Origin: Azolla caroliniana
Taxonomy: Eukaryota; Plantae; Polypodiophyta
DNA length: 22,106 nt
Assembly (NCBI GenBank): GCA_043228905.1
Contig: JBHGNT010000511.1
Location: 1 to 22,106, forward strand
Direction: 5' to 3'
Shown in pieces: positions 20,201-22,106 of the stretch. The notes under the pieces are model-generated. The model worked only from the letters and a program-made list of their open reading frames with translations, had not been told where the DNA came from and ran no database searches. Within the stretch, counting starts at the first letter, position 1. Every line of letters begins with the position of its first letter. A program made the translations under genes and the position numbers.

Positions 20201-22045
20201 CCGACCAAGCCATTGGGTTGCAATCAAGTAAATACTCAGGTATCTTCATGGCACTAAGGCAATGTGTCTATGACATGGTAAAAGGATCAGAATCTTAATG
20301 GTTACTGTGATTCTAACATGGCAAGCAATGTGGATTCTAACATGTTCACTCTTGCAGGAAGACCTAGCTATTTCATGGAGCTTTCCAGCTTCAATGGATA
20401 ATCATTCTGCTAGCACAGAAGCGTACATCTCAGCTATAGAGGCTTCGAAGGAAGCCATTTGGTTAGCTTGATTACGTGCATACAATGGACTTCCATAGCT
20501 AGGTCCAATCTTAATGGTTACTGTGATTCTAACATGGCAAGCAATGTGGATTCTAACATGTTCACTCTTGCAGGAAGACCTAGCTATTTCATGGAGCTTT
20601 CCAGCTTCAATGGATAATCATTCTGCTAGCACAGAAGCGTACATCTCAGCTATAGAGGCTTCGAAGGAAGCCATTTGGTTAGCTTGATTACGTGCATACA
20701 ATGGACTTCCATAGCTAGGTCCAATCTTACATCATTACAGCCAAAGTGTAAGTTTCATGCAAGGATAAAGAACATTGATGTATTTGTGAGATGATTGAGG
20801 ATGGTTCCATCTGTCTAGTTAAGTTTGATACCAGTCAATATCCAGCAGATTGTCTTACAACATCTCCCAAAGACCATCAGCAATGACATTAGCCTAGGTG
20901 GCTAAATTTTGTGCCACCTGTTCAAATAAATGCCACTTCTGACTTAAAAGAGCCTGAGATGAGCACAATATATCGCAGACCCTCAATTCATATATCGCAG
21001 AAAACCAATAGGTCACAGTCTCAACATGAGCTTTGTACATGATATTGTCTCAAATGCATTGTGGAAATTCACAAAGCAAAATTGTGTGTGCTCTATCCTC
21101 TCGAATTACAGCTCTAACAGTCAACATGTGATCCAACATTGCGAATGTATCCTGAGCCTTGCTTTTCCTATTCTGTCATAAACAGTTCCACTCAAACTCC
21201 AAAATCAGTTCATATAGTTTGGCCAAGTATTAGTCAATCATGATACTATGACTCAGGGTATCTCCACTTTTAAAGAGCAAGATATTATAAAGCATGAACG
21301 GGAAATCACTCAAGCGTCAATTGATACATTACAAACCTTGGCTGGCAACAGATTGGAAGATATCATCTATAGCATTCATGTGCTGCAGTAGGTCTCTTAA
21401 AGCGGCAAGATCCTAAAATATATAAGTGAAACTTCAAACTGCATTCATGGCATCCCTTCTGACTAATATTCAGCATTAGGGTTGCCTGCCATTACCTGAG
21501 CACGTTGCTTATCTTTAAAATTGGGAACAATACGCAATGCAATAATCAAACCAAGAAAGCATGATAGGGCTAGTGTTGATGTTGTCCCAATCACCCAGTA
21601 GAACATATGAGGATGAACTTCTACTCCACTATGTTAAATTACATGTAAGTTATTAGAGCCTTGTTTTAAATGGTTCAAAAAATTGCATTGATGACATATA
21701 CCTTGTAAGGTTCATGCCAAAGAAACTAGCAGGTACAGTAGCTCTGCAAAGTGATTGTACCTCATTAAGGAAAGGTAATACGACTATGTTTAAAATCTAT
21801 GGTATGAATCGCTACTCACAGACTGAAGGTCACAGTTGCAATAGACATATAAAGGTTCATTGTTATGATCCGATTGCGTGTTGTATCAAGCCCAAGCTCC
21901 CAAACCTCCATGTAGCAATTTACACTTACAACTTACGTCAGCCATCACAAGAAAAAATATATATAAATATTTCAATAATAGCTACCTCTTGAGCTGCATC
22001 CATTCCCTTTCTCATCTCCTCAAGAGCACCTCCACAATCATCCAC
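17252..22045 (-). CDS. MRS2: CorA/MRS2 (MGT)-family magnesium channel, 3' part, with a C-terminal EF-hand extension; predicted exons 22045-21986, 21905-21820, 21743-21702, 21628-21496, 21412-21337, 17919-17843, 17314-17252; 5' exons lie beyond the window
   Basis: Seven GT-AG-bounded exons join in matching phases (0,2,2,0,1,0; introns 80, 76, 73, 83, 3417, 528 nt). They give VDDCGGALEEMRKGMDAAQEVWELGLDTTRNRIITMNLYMSIATVTFSLATVPASFFGMNLTSGVEVHPHMFYWVIGTTSTLALSCFLGLIIALRIVPNFKDKQRAQDLAALRDLLQHMNAIDDIFQSVASQGEGHRLSREEFEQILKGHSTTCFIRKRELDLIYRMFDGNRNGMIEV*. LD..RN.II..NL, TM1-GMN, a short loop and TM2 are the CorA/MRS2 signature. The exact 3' end is uncertain because of a possible donor GAG|GTTTGA at 17257. 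Confidence 0.88.
18387..18408. repeat. (AC)n microsatellite in the large MRS2 intron
   Basis: Directly visible. Confidence 0.95.
18512..21230 (+). mobile_element. Old, internally deleted Ty1/copia LTR retrotransposon inserted antisense in the 3.4-kb MRS2 intron
   Basis: Broken plus-strand motifs occur in copia order. Integrase: KLLELVCSNV (LELVHSDV), FITFIDVAT, KLRTLYLENRGEF (LRSDNGGEF). RT: ICSLK...AP (VCKLKKSLYGLKQAPRQW), KDLGHTDHILRMRIMQDRQK. RNase H: GYCDSNMASNVDS, STEA..AIEASKEAIWL, FHARIKNIDV, YPADCLT. A diverged direct repeat flanks them (18512 onward vs 20921 onward, sharing TTCA.ATAAATG.CACT and CTGAGATGAGCA.AATAT), consistent with LTRs. Outer limits are approximate. Confidence 0.85.
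20291..20729. repeat. Perfect 216-bp tandem duplication in the copia RNase H region
   Basis: 20291-20506 is identical by eye to 20507-20722. AATCTTA occurs at 20291, 20507 and 20723. Confidence 0.95.
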
Positions 22046-22106
22046 CTTTTTTACATTATTAATATCGCTTATTATCAAGTTTCCAGTTACGTAAAGGAAA
22101 AAATTA

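Overview
AT-rich eukaryotic DNA from a land plant, probably a seed-free plant with flagellated sperm such as a fern. That assignment is inferred from a PLS-class PPR gene, a dirigent gene and a putative centriole gene. Four host genes can be read. (1) An intronless secreted dirigent-family gene (5208-5801, +). (2) An intronless PLS-E PPR gene without a DYW domain (8681-10183, +). (3) A three-exon minus-strand gene (14289-11918) encoding a very acidic protein. Its spliced C-terminus (KIDRVARFAQLQKIWKKDTFL) resembles the HYLS1 centriole/basal-body motif. (4) The 3' part of a spliced minus-strand CorA/MRS2 Mg2+ channel gene (GMN motif) that the ORF track misses. After TM2 it continues across a 3.4-kb copia-containing intron into a C-terminal EF-hand pair. 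The rest is transposon debris: two LINE 3' ends sharing covarying hairpins, a LINE RT remnant, a decayed Ty1/copia element, a tRNA-derived SINE-like array, tandem duplications and microsatellites. The most interesting candidates are the MRS2-EF-hand fusion and the HYLS1-like gene. All splice models were built by eye and need transcript confirmation.
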